Notes: generated by a model from the sequence alone, not told the origin. 64,000 nucleotides of DNA from an uncultured Acidobacteriota bacterium (GCA_963700145.1 OY969474.1:3104001-3168000), one strand, 5' to 3'. Counted from the stretch's first letter, positions 41,422-52,207 are shown. Made by a program: numbers and translations.

Positions 41422-43719
41422 ATGCTGCCGCACGCCGGGAAGATGGTCGCCTTCGCCTCGCTCTGGCTGGGCGTCGTCGCCGGCAACGTGCCGGTCGAGC
41501 TGCTGGTGCCGCCCGGCACGGCGCGCGTCGAGCTCCTCCTGGACGGCCGTCCCGCCGGCGCGCTCGCGGCGGCCCCCTGGAAGCTCCCCGTAGACCTCGG
41601 CGAGGAGATCGCCCCGCACGAGCTGGTCGCCGTGGCGACCGACGCCGCGGGGGCCGAGCTCGGCCGGGCGCGGCAGTGGCTCAACCTGCCGCAGCCGCCC
41701 GCCGTCCTGGAGGTCACGCTGGAGGCCGACCCCGCGACCGGCGGCGTGGCGCGGGTCGCCTGGGCCGCGGTGGGGGGCGTCCAGCCGCTCGCGGTGCGCG
41801 CCGCGCTCGACGAGCAGCCGCTGCCGGTCCGCGACCCCGCCGTCGTCGCCCTGCCGCCCTTCGACGCCGACTCCCCCCACCTGCTGCGCGTCGAGGCCGA
41901 GTTCCCCGACGGCTACTCGGCGCGCCGCGACCTGGTCTTCGGCGGCGTCCTCGCCGAGGAGCTGACGTTCGAGCTGACCCACGTGCCGGTGCTCCTCGAA
42001 GGCAAACGGCTGGCGAGCGAGATCGTGGTGTTGGGCGGCGGCGAGCGGCTGGCGCCGATCGCCGTCGAGGAGGGGGAAGCGGACCTCGTCGTGGTCGTCG
42101 ACCCGAGCGCGCGCGAGGAGCTGCGCGCCCTGGCGCGCGAGGTGTCGCGCATGGGCACCATGCACCCCGGGGCGCGCGGCCTGCTGTCCAAGATCGACGG
42201 CCGCTTCGTCGCGCCGCTGCCGGCGGGGGCGCGGCTGCGGGTGATGTGGCCGGTGGCGCGGCGGACGGCGCGGCAGGCCCTGCGCTGGCAGGTCTTCGCC
42301 CACACCCAGGAGATGCCGGCGCGCGACGGCGGCCTCCTCTGGCACCTGCTGCGGCTGGGCGACCCGGCGCGCAAGGGGGCGGCGGCCTTGACCGACGCCG
42401 TCGCCGTCGCCGGCCTGGCGGCGGCGCAGAACACGCGCCGGCGCGCCGTCCTCCTGCTTCTCGGCCCCGAGCCCCAGGACATGAGCCTCTACGCCGCCGC
42501 CGCCGTGCGCCGCTATCTCGAGCGGCTGCGCGTGCCGCTGCACGTCTGGTCGGTCGGCGGCGAGGAGCCGCCGCCAATGTGGGCGGACGCCGAGCGGGTG
42601 CGCAACCTCGCCGGCTTCGAGCGTGCCATGAAGCGCCTCTCCGACGTGCTGGAGCGGCAGCGCATCGTCTGGGTGCCCGGCGCCCACCTGCCGCAGTCGC
42701 TGGCGCTGGCGCCGGAGGTGCAGGGCGTCGTGCCGATCGGCACGCTGGGGAGCGAGACCGCCGCCGAGGAGGTCGAAGAGGCCGCAGCCGTGGAGCTCGC
42801 GGCCGCCGCCGATCTGGCGCCGGCGCCGGTCCCGAGTCCCGCCGCGGCGGCCGCCATCGCCGTCCCCGCCGGGCTCGCCGCCTTCGCCGCCGGCCCCTTC
42901 TCCTTCCACACCGACCTCGAGGACCGCGCCACCGTCGCCGCGCTCAAGCGCGCGGCGCTCGCTCTGCCGCAGGTCTGGACGGACCGCTTCGGCGTGGCGC
43001 CCGAGGGCCCCCTCGGCGGCACGCTCCTGGTCTTCCGCCGCGACGAGGACTTCCGCGCCTTTGTGCGCGGCGAGGGCGAGGAGGTGGACCGCGGGGTGCG
43101 CGGCAGCGCCCGCGCCAGCCGGGTGGCCCTGGCCGCCGCCGGGGCGCCCACCGAGGAGGTGACGGCGCTTCTCGTCCACGAGCTGGCCCACCTGCTGTCG
43201 CGCCGCTCGTTCGAGCGCGAGCTGCCGCCCTGGCTGGAGGAGGGGCTGGCCGAGGAGCTGGCGCTGGCGCGGCAGGCGCGCAACGGCGCGATCGTGCCCG
43301 GCACCCTGCGCGGCCGCGTGCGGGCGCGGGCGCTCGACGCCGGCTCCAGCCGCCCGACCTTCGCCTCCCGCTTCGAGATCTCCGCCGACGGCGCCTACGG
43401 CGCGCTCTCGGCGCTGCTCGTCGCGCAGCGCAACGGCGCGGCGCCCTCGCTGGCCGAGCTCCTCGCCCTGCCGCACGCGGCCTTCACGCGCTACGAGGGG
43501 CGGCGCGAGCGCTACACCGCCAGCGCCTTTTTCGTCCGTTTCCTCCTCGACGGCCGCGAGCGCCGCGCCCGCGAGCGCTTCCACGCCTTCCTCGACGAAG
43601 TGGCGCGCGGCGGCGCCGCCGACGCCGAGGCCCTGACCGCCGCCCTCGGCGAGCCGCTCGCCCACCTCGAGCGCGACTACCTGGCCTGGCTGCGCCTCCA
43701 GGCGACCGTCAACCGCTAA
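41422..43719 (+). CDS. multidomain hypothetical protein: Ig-like + VWA-like + HExxH peptidase-like C-terminus
   Basis: RVELLLDG Ig-like start; DAVAVAG...RRRAVLLL; VHELAH...PPWLEEGLAE. Confidence 0.7.
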   Translation: MLPHAGKMVAFASLWLGVVAGNVPVELLVPPGTARVELLLDGRPAGALAAAPWKLPVDLGEEIAPHELVAVATDAAGAELGRARQWLNLPQPPAVLEVTLEADPATGGVARVAWAAVGGVQPLAVRAALDEQPLPVRDPAVVALPPFDADSPHLLRVEAEFPDGYSARRDLVFGGVLAEELTFELTHVPVLLEGKRLASEIVVLGGGERLAPIAVEEGEADLVVVVDPSAREELRALAREVSRMGTMHPGARGLLSKIDGRFVAPLPAGARLRVMWPVARRTARQALRWQVFAHTQEMPARDGGLLWHLLRLGDPARKGAAALTDAVAVAGLAAAQNTRRRAVLLLLGPEPQDMSLYAAAAVRRYLERLRVPLHVWSVGGEEPPPMWADAERVRNLAGFERAMKRLSDVLERQRIVWVPGAHLPQSLALAPEVQGVVPIGTLGSETAAEEVEEAAAVELAAAADLAPAPVPSPAAAAAIAVPAGLAAFAAGPFSFHTDLEDRATVAALKRAALALPQVWTDRFGVAPEGPLGGTLLVFRRDEDFRAFVRGEGEEVDRGVRGSARASRVALAAAGAPTEEVTALLVHELAHLLSRRSFERELPPWLEEGLAEELALARQARNGAIVPGTLRGRVRARALDAGSSRPTFASRFEISADGAYGALSALLVAQRNGAAPSLAELLALPHAAFTRYEGRRERYTASAFFVRFLLDGRERRARERFHAFLDEVARGGAADAEALTAALGEPLAHLERDYLAWLRLQATVNR

Positions 43720-45056
43720 GCGCCGTCGCGGGGGCTCGGCTCCTCGGTGCCGTCGAGGTAGAGGCCGACCAGCCGCGCCACCTTCCCCACCGCGTCGCGC
43801 TCGAAGCGGACGCGGAAGAAGTCAAGGTCGCCGACCAGGAAGCGGTCGTCGCCGGCCGCTTGGAGGCGCACCTTCGGGCCGCCCTGCCGCTGGTACCAGA
43901 GCGCCCCGTTCTCGAGCGACACGAGGCGCGGGCCGTAGCTGCCGACGTAGGCCTGCATCTCGCCCTCGGAGAGCGTCACCTGCGCGCGGCGGTCCTCCAA
44001 TAGGCCGCGGGTGAACTCCGCCTCCGCCTTGACCTGCGGGTCAGTTGCCTTCGCGGCGACGGCGGCGAGCGCCTTGGCGTGCGCCACCTCGAGGGCCTCG
44101 GCGGCCGGTACCGCGATGTCGGGCTCGACGCCGGTGCCCTCCCAGTTGGTGCCGGTGATCGGGTTGACGGCGCGGCCGGAGGGGAGGCTGACGACGACCG
44201 GATAGCCCTTCACCCGGTGCTCGTCGGTGGGATGGGCGCCGCCGCCGGTCGTCTCGCCGACGATCGTCGCGCGCTTCAGGTTCTTCAGGTTGTAGGCGAA
44301 CTCCTCGGCGCCGGAGAAGCTGCGCCCGCTGGTCAGGACGAAGACCGGCACGTCGGGGAGACGCGTGCCCGGCACCCAGGCGTGGGTCCAGAACTGCTCG
44401 GTGCGGTCCCCCCTGCGGACGTAGAAGCTGTTGAGGTGGGTCGGCTCCTCGGGCAGCAGGTAGCTGGTCAGGAGCTGGATCATCGTCGGGTTGCCGCCGC
44501 CGTTCTGGCGCAGGTCGAAGATCAGCGCGTCGCTGCCGGCGAGGAAGCTCATCGCCGCGACGGCCGTGGCGCCGCCGAGCTCGGCCGGCGCGAAGCAGTC
44601 GAGCCGCAGGTAGCCGACGTTGCCGGCCAGGCGCTCGATCTTGCGGAAGCAGTAGTTGTCGCGGCGGATCGCGGCGCGCCGGCGCTCCATCTGCTGCTCC
44701 GGCGTGAGCGCGGTGCCGCCGGCCGGGGCCGGCTCCTGCGGCGCCCACATGACGCCGAGGTGGAGGTCCTTGCTCACCGACCGCAGGTCCTCGGTGAGCT
44801 GGTTGGCGAAGGCGTCGAGGGTGGCGAGCCGGTCGTAGGCGCCGCTCGCGAGCTGCCGGCGGACGTGCTCCTCCATCTTCTTGGCCGTCTCCGGGAAGAC
44901 GTAGCTCTCGTTCAGGACGGCGGCGACGTCGTCGACGATCGCCTGCCGGTCCTTGGCGGCGATCGTGGGGGGCGGCGGCGGCGCGGCGACGGCCGGCGTG
45001 GCGAGCGCGGCGGCGAGGCAGAGGGCGGCGAGGCGGTGAGCGGAGTTACGGCGCAT
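43716..45056 (-). CDS. S41 family peptidase
   Basis: Signal peptide; IFDLRQNGGG, SFSGAEEF, VGETTGGG, WEGTGVEPD. Confidence 0.92.
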   Translation of the reverse strand: MRRNSAHRLAALCLAAALATPAVAAPPPPPTIAAKDRQAIVDDVAAVLNESYVFPETAKKMEEHVRRQLASGAYDRLATLDAFANQLTEDLRSVSKDLHLGVMWAPQEPAPAGGTALTPEQQMERRRAAIRRDNYCFRKIERLAGNVGYLRLDCFAPAELGGATAVAAMSFLAGSDALIFDLRQNGGGNPTMIQLLTSYLLPEEPTHLNSFYVRRGDRTEQFWTHAWVPGTRLPDVPVFVLTSGRSFSGAEEFAYNLKNLKRATIVGETTGGGAHPTDEHRVKGYPVVVSLPSGRAVNPITGTNWEGTGVEPDIAVPAAEALEVAHAKALAAVAAKATDPQVKAEAEFTRGLLEDRRAQVTLSEGEMQAYVGSYGPRLVSLENGALWYQRQGGPKVRLQAAGDDRFLVGDLDFFRVRFERDAVGKVARLVGLYLDGTEEPSPRDGA

Positions 45057-45144
45057 ACGGAAACCTCCTTGCGGCCGATGGATACGAGGAGAGCGGAAGG
45101 AGGTTTCAGCGATTAGGATCGGCGGCGAAAGCGAGGAGACCCGA

Positions 45145-45657
45145 ATGGCCACGACCAAGACCCCGAAAGAGCAGTTCCTCGACGCCTACGAGCGCGAGCA
45201 CCGGACGACGATGAAGGTCCTGCGCGCCTACCCGCCCGAGAAGGCGGACCTCCGTCCCCATGAGAAGTGCAAGACCGCGAAGGAGCTGGCCTGGATCTTC
45301 GTCCTCGAGCGCGGCCTCGGCACGATGGGGCTCAAGGACGTCTTCGCGAGCGGCAACGCGGTCGCCGGGCAGGTGCCGCCGCCGCCGGACACCTGGGAAG
45401 AGGTGCTCGCCGCGCTCGAGAAGGCGCACGGCGAGTTCGCCGAGACCGTGCGCTCCTACAGCGACGAGGAGCTCGAGGAGCGGATCAAGTTCTTCGTCGG
45501 CCCCGGCACCCTCGGCGACTGGACGCGCACCGAGTTCGCCTGGTTCCTGCTCCACGACCAGATCCACCATCGCGGGCAGTTCTCGATCTACCTGCGCATG
45601 GCCGGCGGCAAGGTGCCGTCGATCTACGGCCCGAGCGGCGACGAGCCCTGGTTCTAG
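45145..45657 (+). CDS. DinB family protein
   Basis: IHHRGQFSIYLR...VPSIYGPSGDE. Confidence 0.9.
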   Translation: MATTKTPKEQFLDAYEREHRTTMKVLRAYPPEKADLRPHEKCKTAKELAWIFVLERGLGTMGLKDVFASGNAVAGQVPPPPDTWEEVLAALEKAHGEFAETVRSYSDEELEERIKFFVGPGTLGDWTRTEFAWFLLHDQIHHRGQFSIYLRMAGGKVPSIYGPSGDEPWF

Positions 45658-45659
45658 AC

Positions 45660-46766
45660 GTGCGGCGGCGAACCGGCGGCCTGGCGCTGGCGCTTCTCCT
45701 TGCCGGCTGCGGGCCGCCGGCCGAGGAGCTCGCGGCGCGCTTGCGCGACGGCGCGACGGCGGAGCGGCGGCAGGCGGCGGAGGGGCTCGGCCGCAGCGGC
45801 GGGCCCGCGGCGGTGGGTGCGCTCTGCGCCGCGCTGGATGACGCGGAGTGGACCGTGCGCGTCGAAGCGGCGCGCGCTCTCGGGCGGATCGGCGCGGCGG
45901 AGGGGATCGGCTGTCTGACGAAGGCGCTGGAAGAGGACGACGTCCAGACCCAGATCACGGCGGTCAAGGCGCTCGCCGCGATCGGCCGGGCGGCGGCCGG
46001 CCCGATGCTCGCCGCCCTGCCGCGCACCCGCGGCCCGGTCCGCGACGCGCTCGCCGCCGCCGCCGGCCGTGTCGACGACCCGCGCGCCGTGGCGCCGTTG
46101 CGCTCGCTTGTGGCGCGCGCCGACGGGGCCGAGAACGGCGCCGCGAGCGGGCTGGTCGCGCTCGGCCGGCCCGACGTCCTCCTCCCCTTCCTCGAAGAGC
46201 CGGCGGGCTCGCCGCGCCGCCGGGCCGCCGCCCGCGCGCTGGGGATGGCGCGCGACCCGGCCTCGCTCGCGGCGCTCGACCGCGTCCTGCGGCGCCAGGA
46301 CGGGACGCTCGACCCCGACGTCGCGCTGGCGCTCGTCCGCCGCCGCCGGCTCGACCCGGTCATCGCGGCCCTCGACACGGACGCTCCCGACGCCGACCGC
46401 CGCGTCGCCGCCGACGCCCTCGCCGCGAGCCCCGAGCGGCGCGCCGAACGGGCGCTCGACCGCGCGATCGGCCGCCGCGACCTCGCCGCCGTCGCCGGCG
46501 CCCACCTCCGGCTCATCCGGCAGGGCCGCCCCGAGTCCGAGCCGCTCCTCCTCGCCGCCCTCGCCGCCGGCGGCGACGAGCGGATGGCGATCCGCTTCTG
46601 GGAGTGCGGCAACCCAAGGCTCGCCGCCGCCGGCAAGGCCTGGCTCGAAGCCCACGGCCTCAAGGAGGTGGGAGGCCGCTGGGTGCCCGCCGACTTCGAC
46701 TACGTCATCCTCCCCGGCGCCGCCGCGGCGCCGCGCGAGCCGGAAGTGCGCTGGGGACGGCCGTAG
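45660..46766 (+). CDS. HEAT-repeat lipoprotein
   Basis: LLAGC lipobox; VRVEAARALGRIG-type repeats. Confidence 0.8.
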   Translation: MRRRTGGLALALLLAGCGPPAEELAARLRDGATAERRQAAEGLGRSGGPAAVGALCAALDDAEWTVRVEAARALGRIGAAEGIGCLTKALEEDDVQTQITAVKALAAIGRAAAGPMLAALPRTRGPVRDALAAAAGRVDDPRAVAPLRSLVARADGAENGAASGLVALGRPDVLLPFLEEPAGSPRRRAAARALGMARDPASLAALDRVLRRQDGTLDPDVALALVRRRRLDPVIAALDTDAPDADRRVAADALAASPERRAERALDRAIGRRDLAAVAGAHLRLIRQGRPESEPLLLAALAAGGDERMAIRFWECGNPRLAAAGKAWLEAHGLKEVGGRWVPADFDYVILPGAAAAPREPEVRWGRP

Positions 46767-47061
46767 AGAGCCATAGCTTGGGTCTCACGGAGTCCGGGTC
46801 CGTCAAGGCTCTTGAACCTAGAGGACGCACTGGACCATTTTCTCGATCGGTTTCCAGGAGTGGACCCCGCGAGCAGATCGAGGCCGCCCCGAGCACGCCG
46901 GGCAGAGCCCTCGCCCAGCAGAACCCGGCAGGACTGCCGCTCGCACCAGCGTGAGAAACCTGCTCGACTAAACAACCTCGGCGCCGTTGCGCGATGCCGT
47001 TGAAACGACATTGTGCTTCCACGAATCCAGCACTTTCCGACGCGTCGTGGTTTGATCGCCA

Positions 47062-47687
47062 CTAAGCTTCACCGGGGCCATTGGCTCCAAACCAGGTGCG
47101 AAGCAGTTCCCTGAAACGGAGAAAAGCGCGATCCCGGCACCGACTCTAACCCGTTCCGCGAGGTCACGATAAATGGATGACGACCGGGGTTTCCTCACCT
47201 GACGTAGTGCCCACTCGAGGGAACGCTTCGGATCCTGCGGCTTAGTATTCCCTCTCGGCCACAAGCCCTCGTTATCGAGCGCGCTCCGCAGGTCGCGACC
47301 GTGACTGTCCCAGCCGAGCGCCCGCGTGACATGTGGCGAGTCGCTGAACACCCAGACCTCAAGCTCTGGCTCAATCACGACGGCACGGGCCCAGTCCCCT
47401 AGGCCGCCAGAAATGAGTCTGTTCTCCAGCATCCACTCGGTCTCCTCAGCCCCCTCTCCAGGCGCGCCCTGCCATCCCTGATCGAGAAGGACGAGGGCGT
47501 GGCGGGTATCCGCGCAATACCCGCGCAGTAGACCGTCGGGCTCGTGGAAGCAGCCGGGATCGCGACGCGGGTGGACAAGCACTTCGAATTCGATGTGACG
47601 GATCCCGAGGGCCTCTGGCCTAGCCAGTACCCCCTTTACAGTTGCCTCCATGTTCCTGTCCGCCACAACGCAAACAAGATCTCTCAT
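47062..47687 (-). pseudogene. MAD4-like (DUF4276/TOPRIM-like) defence protein with apparent frameshift near 47147
   Basis: DLVCVVAD..ME, HPRRDPGC, IEPELEVW, KPQDPK; the family-like C-terminus RCRDRAFLRFRELLRTWF is in another frame, ending at 47062. Confidence 0.7.
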
Positions 47688-48994
47688 GCGAGCAACCCAC
47701 TCGCAAGTAGCGTCCCTAGGTCGACTTCCCCCTTCCACTCACGCAGACGCGGGTGCTCGTTGCCCGGCACGACGTCGGTCGCACCTTCCACGTTGCGCGC
47801 GAAACACAGAACCTGGGCCAGCTCCGCCATGCTCACGATTACTGGAGAATGCGTGGCGAGCAACACTTGAGCGCCGTACACCGAGGAAAGCGACTGGAAT
47901 ACCGTCTCGACCGCCCGAGGATGAATGCCGTTCTCGGGCTCTTCGATGAGATAGAGCCCAGAAAGATCTGGCAGATAGGCGAGAAGCGTAAGCGCGAGCA
48001 ATCGAAGCGTACCGTCCGAGACAAGCCAGGAGGGCGCCTCTAGTCCGCTGAGATAGCGCAGGATTAGGTAGCGATGACGATCTTCTTCTCGTTCACGCGT
48101 TGTGATGGATTGGAGATCGGGCAGTGCCTCACGGACGTGCCGGACCCACTCCTCGAAGCGTGCCGGATGCTTCCTCTGAAGCGCGTTGACGACATGCGGA
48201 AGGTTTGAGCCATCAGGAAGGTACCCACGTGCGCGGCCCGGCGGGCTTGGCTTTCGCATGTCCTCGCTTGAAAGGACCAGCCGCTGCACGCCTGCCCCGA
48301 GGACGTCGCGAAACCACGTTGCCACGGGAAACCGCTCCTTGTCCTCTGGAAGACTTGCGAGAGCAGCCTTGTCGGCCCCGAGGCGGAACGGATTGTTCCA
48401 TCCCGAAGTCTCGGAAAGGAACATCACCTTTTCCGGTTCCTCCCCTCGGGAGATAACCTTCTTCCAGCCTGGCGGCGTGTGCCTCCGCGGTGGATGCACA
48501 ATGCTCTCGGGAGGACTCGGAGGTTGGGGAAAGAGCGACCGCTGGGGAGCTGAGCTGGTTCGATCCTCCGCTGGCTTGAGCCACAGGGTCTCGGCGACTA
48601 GTCGTAGGTGGCCTGAAACGTCGATTGCGACCTCATAACGGCACTGTTCGGCACTGCCATTCTTGAGTCGCTCGCGACGATCGGGGGGGATGCTGAGTTC
48701 TACCGCCAGCTCGAATCGGCCGCCGTGTCGCATCCACGTTAGATGCTTGGCGTCGGGAGCCCGGTGCGGGATGCCGAGACGGGAATCGCCCTGAAGCGCG
48801 ACTTCTACTCCTGCACGGACGATGTCGCCCAGCAGAGCAACCACATCGAGAAAAGTCGACTTGCCACTGGCATTCGGTCCGACGAGGACATGGAGTGCAT
48901 CTAGCTCTTGGGAGACATACCGCAAAGAGCGGTAGCTGAGCGCTTCAACCCGCGTCACGATTCCCGCGGTTGTACCGGCGTCCTTCGTGCTCAC
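47684..48994 (-). CDS. ABC/AAA_21-type ATPase (MAD3-like)
   Basis: GPNASGKS, SDGTLR signature, IEEPENGIHP, ATHS. Confidence 0.88.
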   Translation of the reverse strand: MSTKDAGTTAGIVTRVEALSYRSLRYVSQELDALHVLVGPNASGKSTFLDVVALLGDIVRAGVEVALQGDSRLGIPHRAPDAKHLTWMRHGGRFELAVELSIPPDRRERLKNGSAEQCRYEVAIDVSGHLRLVAETLWLKPAEDRTSSAPQRSLFPQPPSPPESIVHPPRRHTPPGWKKVISRGEEPEKVMFLSETSGWNNPFRLGADKAALASLPEDKERFPVATWFRDVLGAGVQRLVLSSEDMRKPSPPGRARGYLPDGSNLPHVVNALQRKHPARFEEWVRHVREALPDLQSITTREREEDRHRYLILRYLSGLEAPSWLVSDGTLRLLALTLLAYLPDLSGLYLIEEPENGIHPRAVETVFQSLSSVYGAQVLLATHSPVIVSMAELAQVLCFARNVEGATDVVPGNEHPRLREWKGEVDLGTLLASGLLA

Positions 48995-49345
48995 CGCATC
49001 TCTCCTCTGCAAATAGAGTCCCTTGATCGCGCTCCGTGCTCAGACCTTCTTGAGCGGGTCTCTGCGGGCGGCCAGGGCCTTGTGGCCAGCTCTAGAACTT
49101 CGGGGGCCGTACCGAAGCCACATTGACAGAGGATGGCAGGATGTCGCGCCGCAGTGATGGTTCGGAGATCTTCGCGCTTGATCATGCAGACGACTCACCC
49201 CCTCGAGGCCCATCGCCGGATACCCCATGGCCTCGGATCTTGACGGCAGGACCTGATGAAGGAACCACATTCTAGCGTGGGCAGCTACTCTGCCGGCTAA
49301 GTCCTACTGCAGTCGGCGTCCTTCGCCCGCGATACGCTCCGGGGC

Positions 49346-50179
49346 ATGGACCCCCGGGACCTCCGTCCGCTCCCCTTCGGCACCTTCATCGGCGAGCGCC
49401 GGCACGCGATCGCCGTGCGGGGGTTTTCGCTGGCGGAGATCGTCGATCGGCGGGACGAGCCGATCTTCCGGCACACGCATGAGGACGCCCACTTCTGCTT
49501 CGTCCTGAAGGGGCGGTGGATTACCGAGGCGCGCGGCGTCGAGGCGGTCTGCGCGCCGGCGACGATGATCTGGAACCCGGCGGGCACGACGCACTTCGAT
49601 CGGTTCCACGCCGGGTCGCGCGGCGGGAGCTTCCTCACGCTCTCGGTCGCGGCCGAGGCGATCGAGCTGGCGGGCGGGCACCGCGGCCTCCTCGATCACG
49701 CCGTGGGCTTCGCGGCGGGGGAGCTGCCGGCCCTCGGCGCCAAGCTCTTCCGCGAGCTGCGCGCCGGCGACGACCTCTCGCCGCTCGTCGTCGAGGGGCT
49801 CGCGCTCGAGCTCCTCGCGCACGCCGCGCGCGAGGCCGATCGCGCCGGCCGCGGGACGCAAGCCTGGCTGGGCCGGGCGCACGAGCTGATCCGCGACAGC
49901 TACCGCAGCCGCCTCACCGTCCGCCAGATCGCCGCCGACCTCGGCGTCAACCCGCTGCACTTGAGCCGCTCCTTCTGGCGGCGCTTCGGCTGCACGCCGG
50001 GCGATTTCCTGCGCCAGTGCCGGGTGCGTCGCGCGGCGGAGCTGCTCGGGAAATCGCGGGTCAGCCTGGCCGAGGTGGCGCTCGAGAGCGGCTTCGCCGA
50101 CCAGGCGCAGCTCACCAAGTCCTTCAAGCGCGTCACCGGGACGACGCCGGGCCGCTACCGCAAGCTCCTCGCTTCCTGA
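49346..50179 (+). CDS. AraC-family transcriptional regulator
   Basis: Cupin HTH.DAH N-domain; LAEVALESGFADQAQLTKSFKR..G.TPG.YR. Confidence 0.92.
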   Translation: MDPRDLRPLPFGTFIGERRHAIAVRGFSLAEIVDRRDEPIFRHTHEDAHFCFVLKGRWITEARGVEAVCAPATMIWNPAGTTHFDRFHAGSRGGSFLTLSVAAEAIELAGGHRGLLDHAVGFAAGELPALGAKLFRELRAGDDLSPLVVEGLALELLAHAAREADRAGRGTQAWLGRAHELIRDSYRSRLTVRQIAADLGVNPLHLSRSFWRRFGCTPGDFLRQCRVRRAAELLGKSRVSLAEVALESGFADQAQLTKSFKRVTGTTPGRYRKLLAS

Positions 50180-50236
50180 CAATCGGCGCGAAACGACAAG
50201 ACGCGGCCGGCGCGGCGCGATAGCTTGGCGCCCGCC

Positions 50237-52207
50237 ATGAACGCCGCGCTCGCGCTCTCCCTGCTGCTCCTGCTCTTCAGCGCTCCGGCGCCCGCCGCCG
50301 CGCCGCCGGCCAAGCGCCCGATGACGGTGGACGACCAGTTCCGCCTCGCCGCGCCCGGCACGCCGCTGCTGTCGCCCGACGGGCGGTGGGTGCTCTACAC
50401 CGTCGAGCGCGCCTCGCTGGCCGAGAACGCGCGCCACACCTCGACCTGGCTCGCCGCCGCCGACGGCCGCGTCCCGGCGCGGGAGTTCCTGCGCGAGGGG
50501 GACTCCTCGCCGACGTGGGCGCCGACCTCGCGCTCGGTCTTCTTCTTCCGCGGCGGCGAGCTTTTCGAGCAGGGGGTCGAGGAGACCGGCGCCGTGCAGC
50601 GCAGCCGCCTCGGGGTCGAGGACCCCGGCAGCTGGCAGCTCGCCCGCGACGGCAAGTCCTTCCTCGTCGTCCGCCAGGAGGCCTCCCCGTCCGGGCCCGG
50701 CGCCGACTCCGACGTCGTCTACGTCGACGAGGGCTCGAACGGGCAGACCCGGGACTTCTGGACCAACCTCTGGCGCTACGACCTCGCGGCCGGGACCCTG
50801 GCGCGGGTCACGCAGCGCGACTGGTCGATCGGCGGCTCGGACCTCTCGCCCGACGGTCGCACCGCGGTCGTCGCGGCGCGGCCGGACAACGGGCGGAACA
50901 CGCGGGCCAAGACCGAGTTCTACACCGTCGATCTCGCGACCGGCGCGGTCCGCCAGCTCACCCGCAACGGGGTGCCCGAGAGCGGCCCGCTCTGGTCGCC
51001 GGACGGCAAGTCCGTCCTCTTCACCGCGGTGCGCCTCGACCGCTGGGAGCACGGCAACGGCGACCTCTGGCTGCTGGACGTCGAGAGCGGCGAGGCGCGG
51101 AACCTGACGCCGAACCACACCGGGCGGTTCATCCAGCCGGTCTTCGCGCCGGACGGGAGCGCGCTCTTCGTCACCAGCGGCTACGGCACCACCCGCTTCC
51201 CGGTGCGCATCGACGTCGCCTCCGGCCGCATCGCCCCGCTCGTCGAGACGGCGGGCAACGTCCGAGTCGGCTCCTGGTCCGACGACCGGCGGAGCTTCGC
51301 CTACGTCTACCAGGACTTCACGACGCCGCCGGACGTCTACGTCGGCCGCACCGGCGACGCCGCCGACCGCCAGCACCGCGTCACCGACTTGAACCCCTGG
51401 GTGCGCGAGGAGATCGCGCTGGGTTCGGTCGAGACGGTGCGCTGGCCGAGCCTCGACGGCAAGGAGATCGAGGGCCTGCTCCACCTGCCGCCCGGCGCCG
51501 CCGCCGCTCCCGGACCGCGCCCGCTCCTCGTCCACGTCGCCTGCGGGCCGGGCTGCGCCTGGCTGAACCAGTTCGCGGTCAAGAACCACGTCTGGGCGGG
51601 GCTCGGCTACGCCCAGCTCTCGCCCAACGTCCGCGGCGCGAGCAACTACGACGACGCGCACATGCAAGGCAACCGCTTCGACATCGGCGGCGGCGACCGG
51701 CAGGACCTTCTAGCCGGCGTCGACGCGATGATCGCGCGCCAGATCGCGGACCCGGAGCGGTTGGGGATCGGCGGCTGGTCCTACGGCGGCATCCTCGCCG
51801 GCTACACGATCACCACGACCACGCGCTTCAAGGCCGCGAGCCTCGGCGCGATGGTGAGCGACTGGACGAGCGAGTACGGCGCCGGCGCCAACTACGACAT
51901 GGAGCTCTGGTACATCGGCGGCGATCCGTGGAGCAACCCGCAGTGGCGCGAGCGCAGCCCGCTGACCCACGCCGACCGCGTGCGCACGCCGACCATCCTG
52001 CACCACGGCGACCTAGACGACACCGACTCGCCGTTCCACAGCCTCAACTACTTCGCCGCGATCAAGCGGGCCGGCACGCCGGCGCGCCTCATCCGCTACC
52101 CGACCGAGGGGCACGACTTCCGGCAGCCGCGCAGCCTCAAGCTCCGCGACACGGAAGACATCGCCTGGATGCAGCGGTACGTGCGGGGAGCGGAGAGCCC
52201 GCCCTAG
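50237..52207 (+). CDS. secreted S9 family peptidase (acylaminoacyl peptidase-like)
   Basis: Propeller SPDG repeats; GWSYGG, HGDLD, EGH. Confidence 0.92.
   Translation: MNAALALSLLLLLFSAPAPAAAPPAKRPMTVDDQFRLAAPGTPLLSPDGRWVLYTVERASLAENARHTSTWLAAADGRVPAREFLREGDSSPTWAPTSRSVFFFRGGELFEQGVEETGAVQRSRLGVEDPGSWQLARDGKSFLVVRQEASPSGPGADSDVVYVDEGSNGQTRDFWTNLWRYDLAAGTLARVTQRDWSIGGSDLSPDGRTAVVAARPDNGRNTRAKTEFYTVDLATGAVRQLTRNGVPESGPLWSPDGKSVLFTAVRLDRWEHGNGDLWLLDVESGEARNLTPNHTGRFIQPVFAPDGSALFVTSGYGTTRFPVRIDVASGRIAPLVETAGNVRVGSWSDDRRSFAYVYQDFTTPPDVYVGRTGDAADRQHRVTDLNPWVREEIALGSVETVRWPSLDGKEIEGLLHLPPGAAAAPGPRPLLVHVACGPGCAWLNQFAVKNHVWAGLGYAQLSPNVRGASNYDDAHMQGNRFDIGGGDRQDLLAGVDAMIARQIADPERLGIGGWSYGGILAGYTITTTTRFKAASLGAMVSDWTSEYGAGANYDMELWYIGGDPWSNPQWRERSPLTHADRVRTPTILHHGDLDDTDSPFHSLNYFAAIKRAGTPARLIRYPTEGHDFRQPRSLKLRDTEDIAWMQRYVRGAESPP

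Noticed and set aside
46767-47060. Short ORFs in the spacer after the HEAT-repeat gene
   Set aside because: No RBS or recognisable motif; probably decayed sequence.
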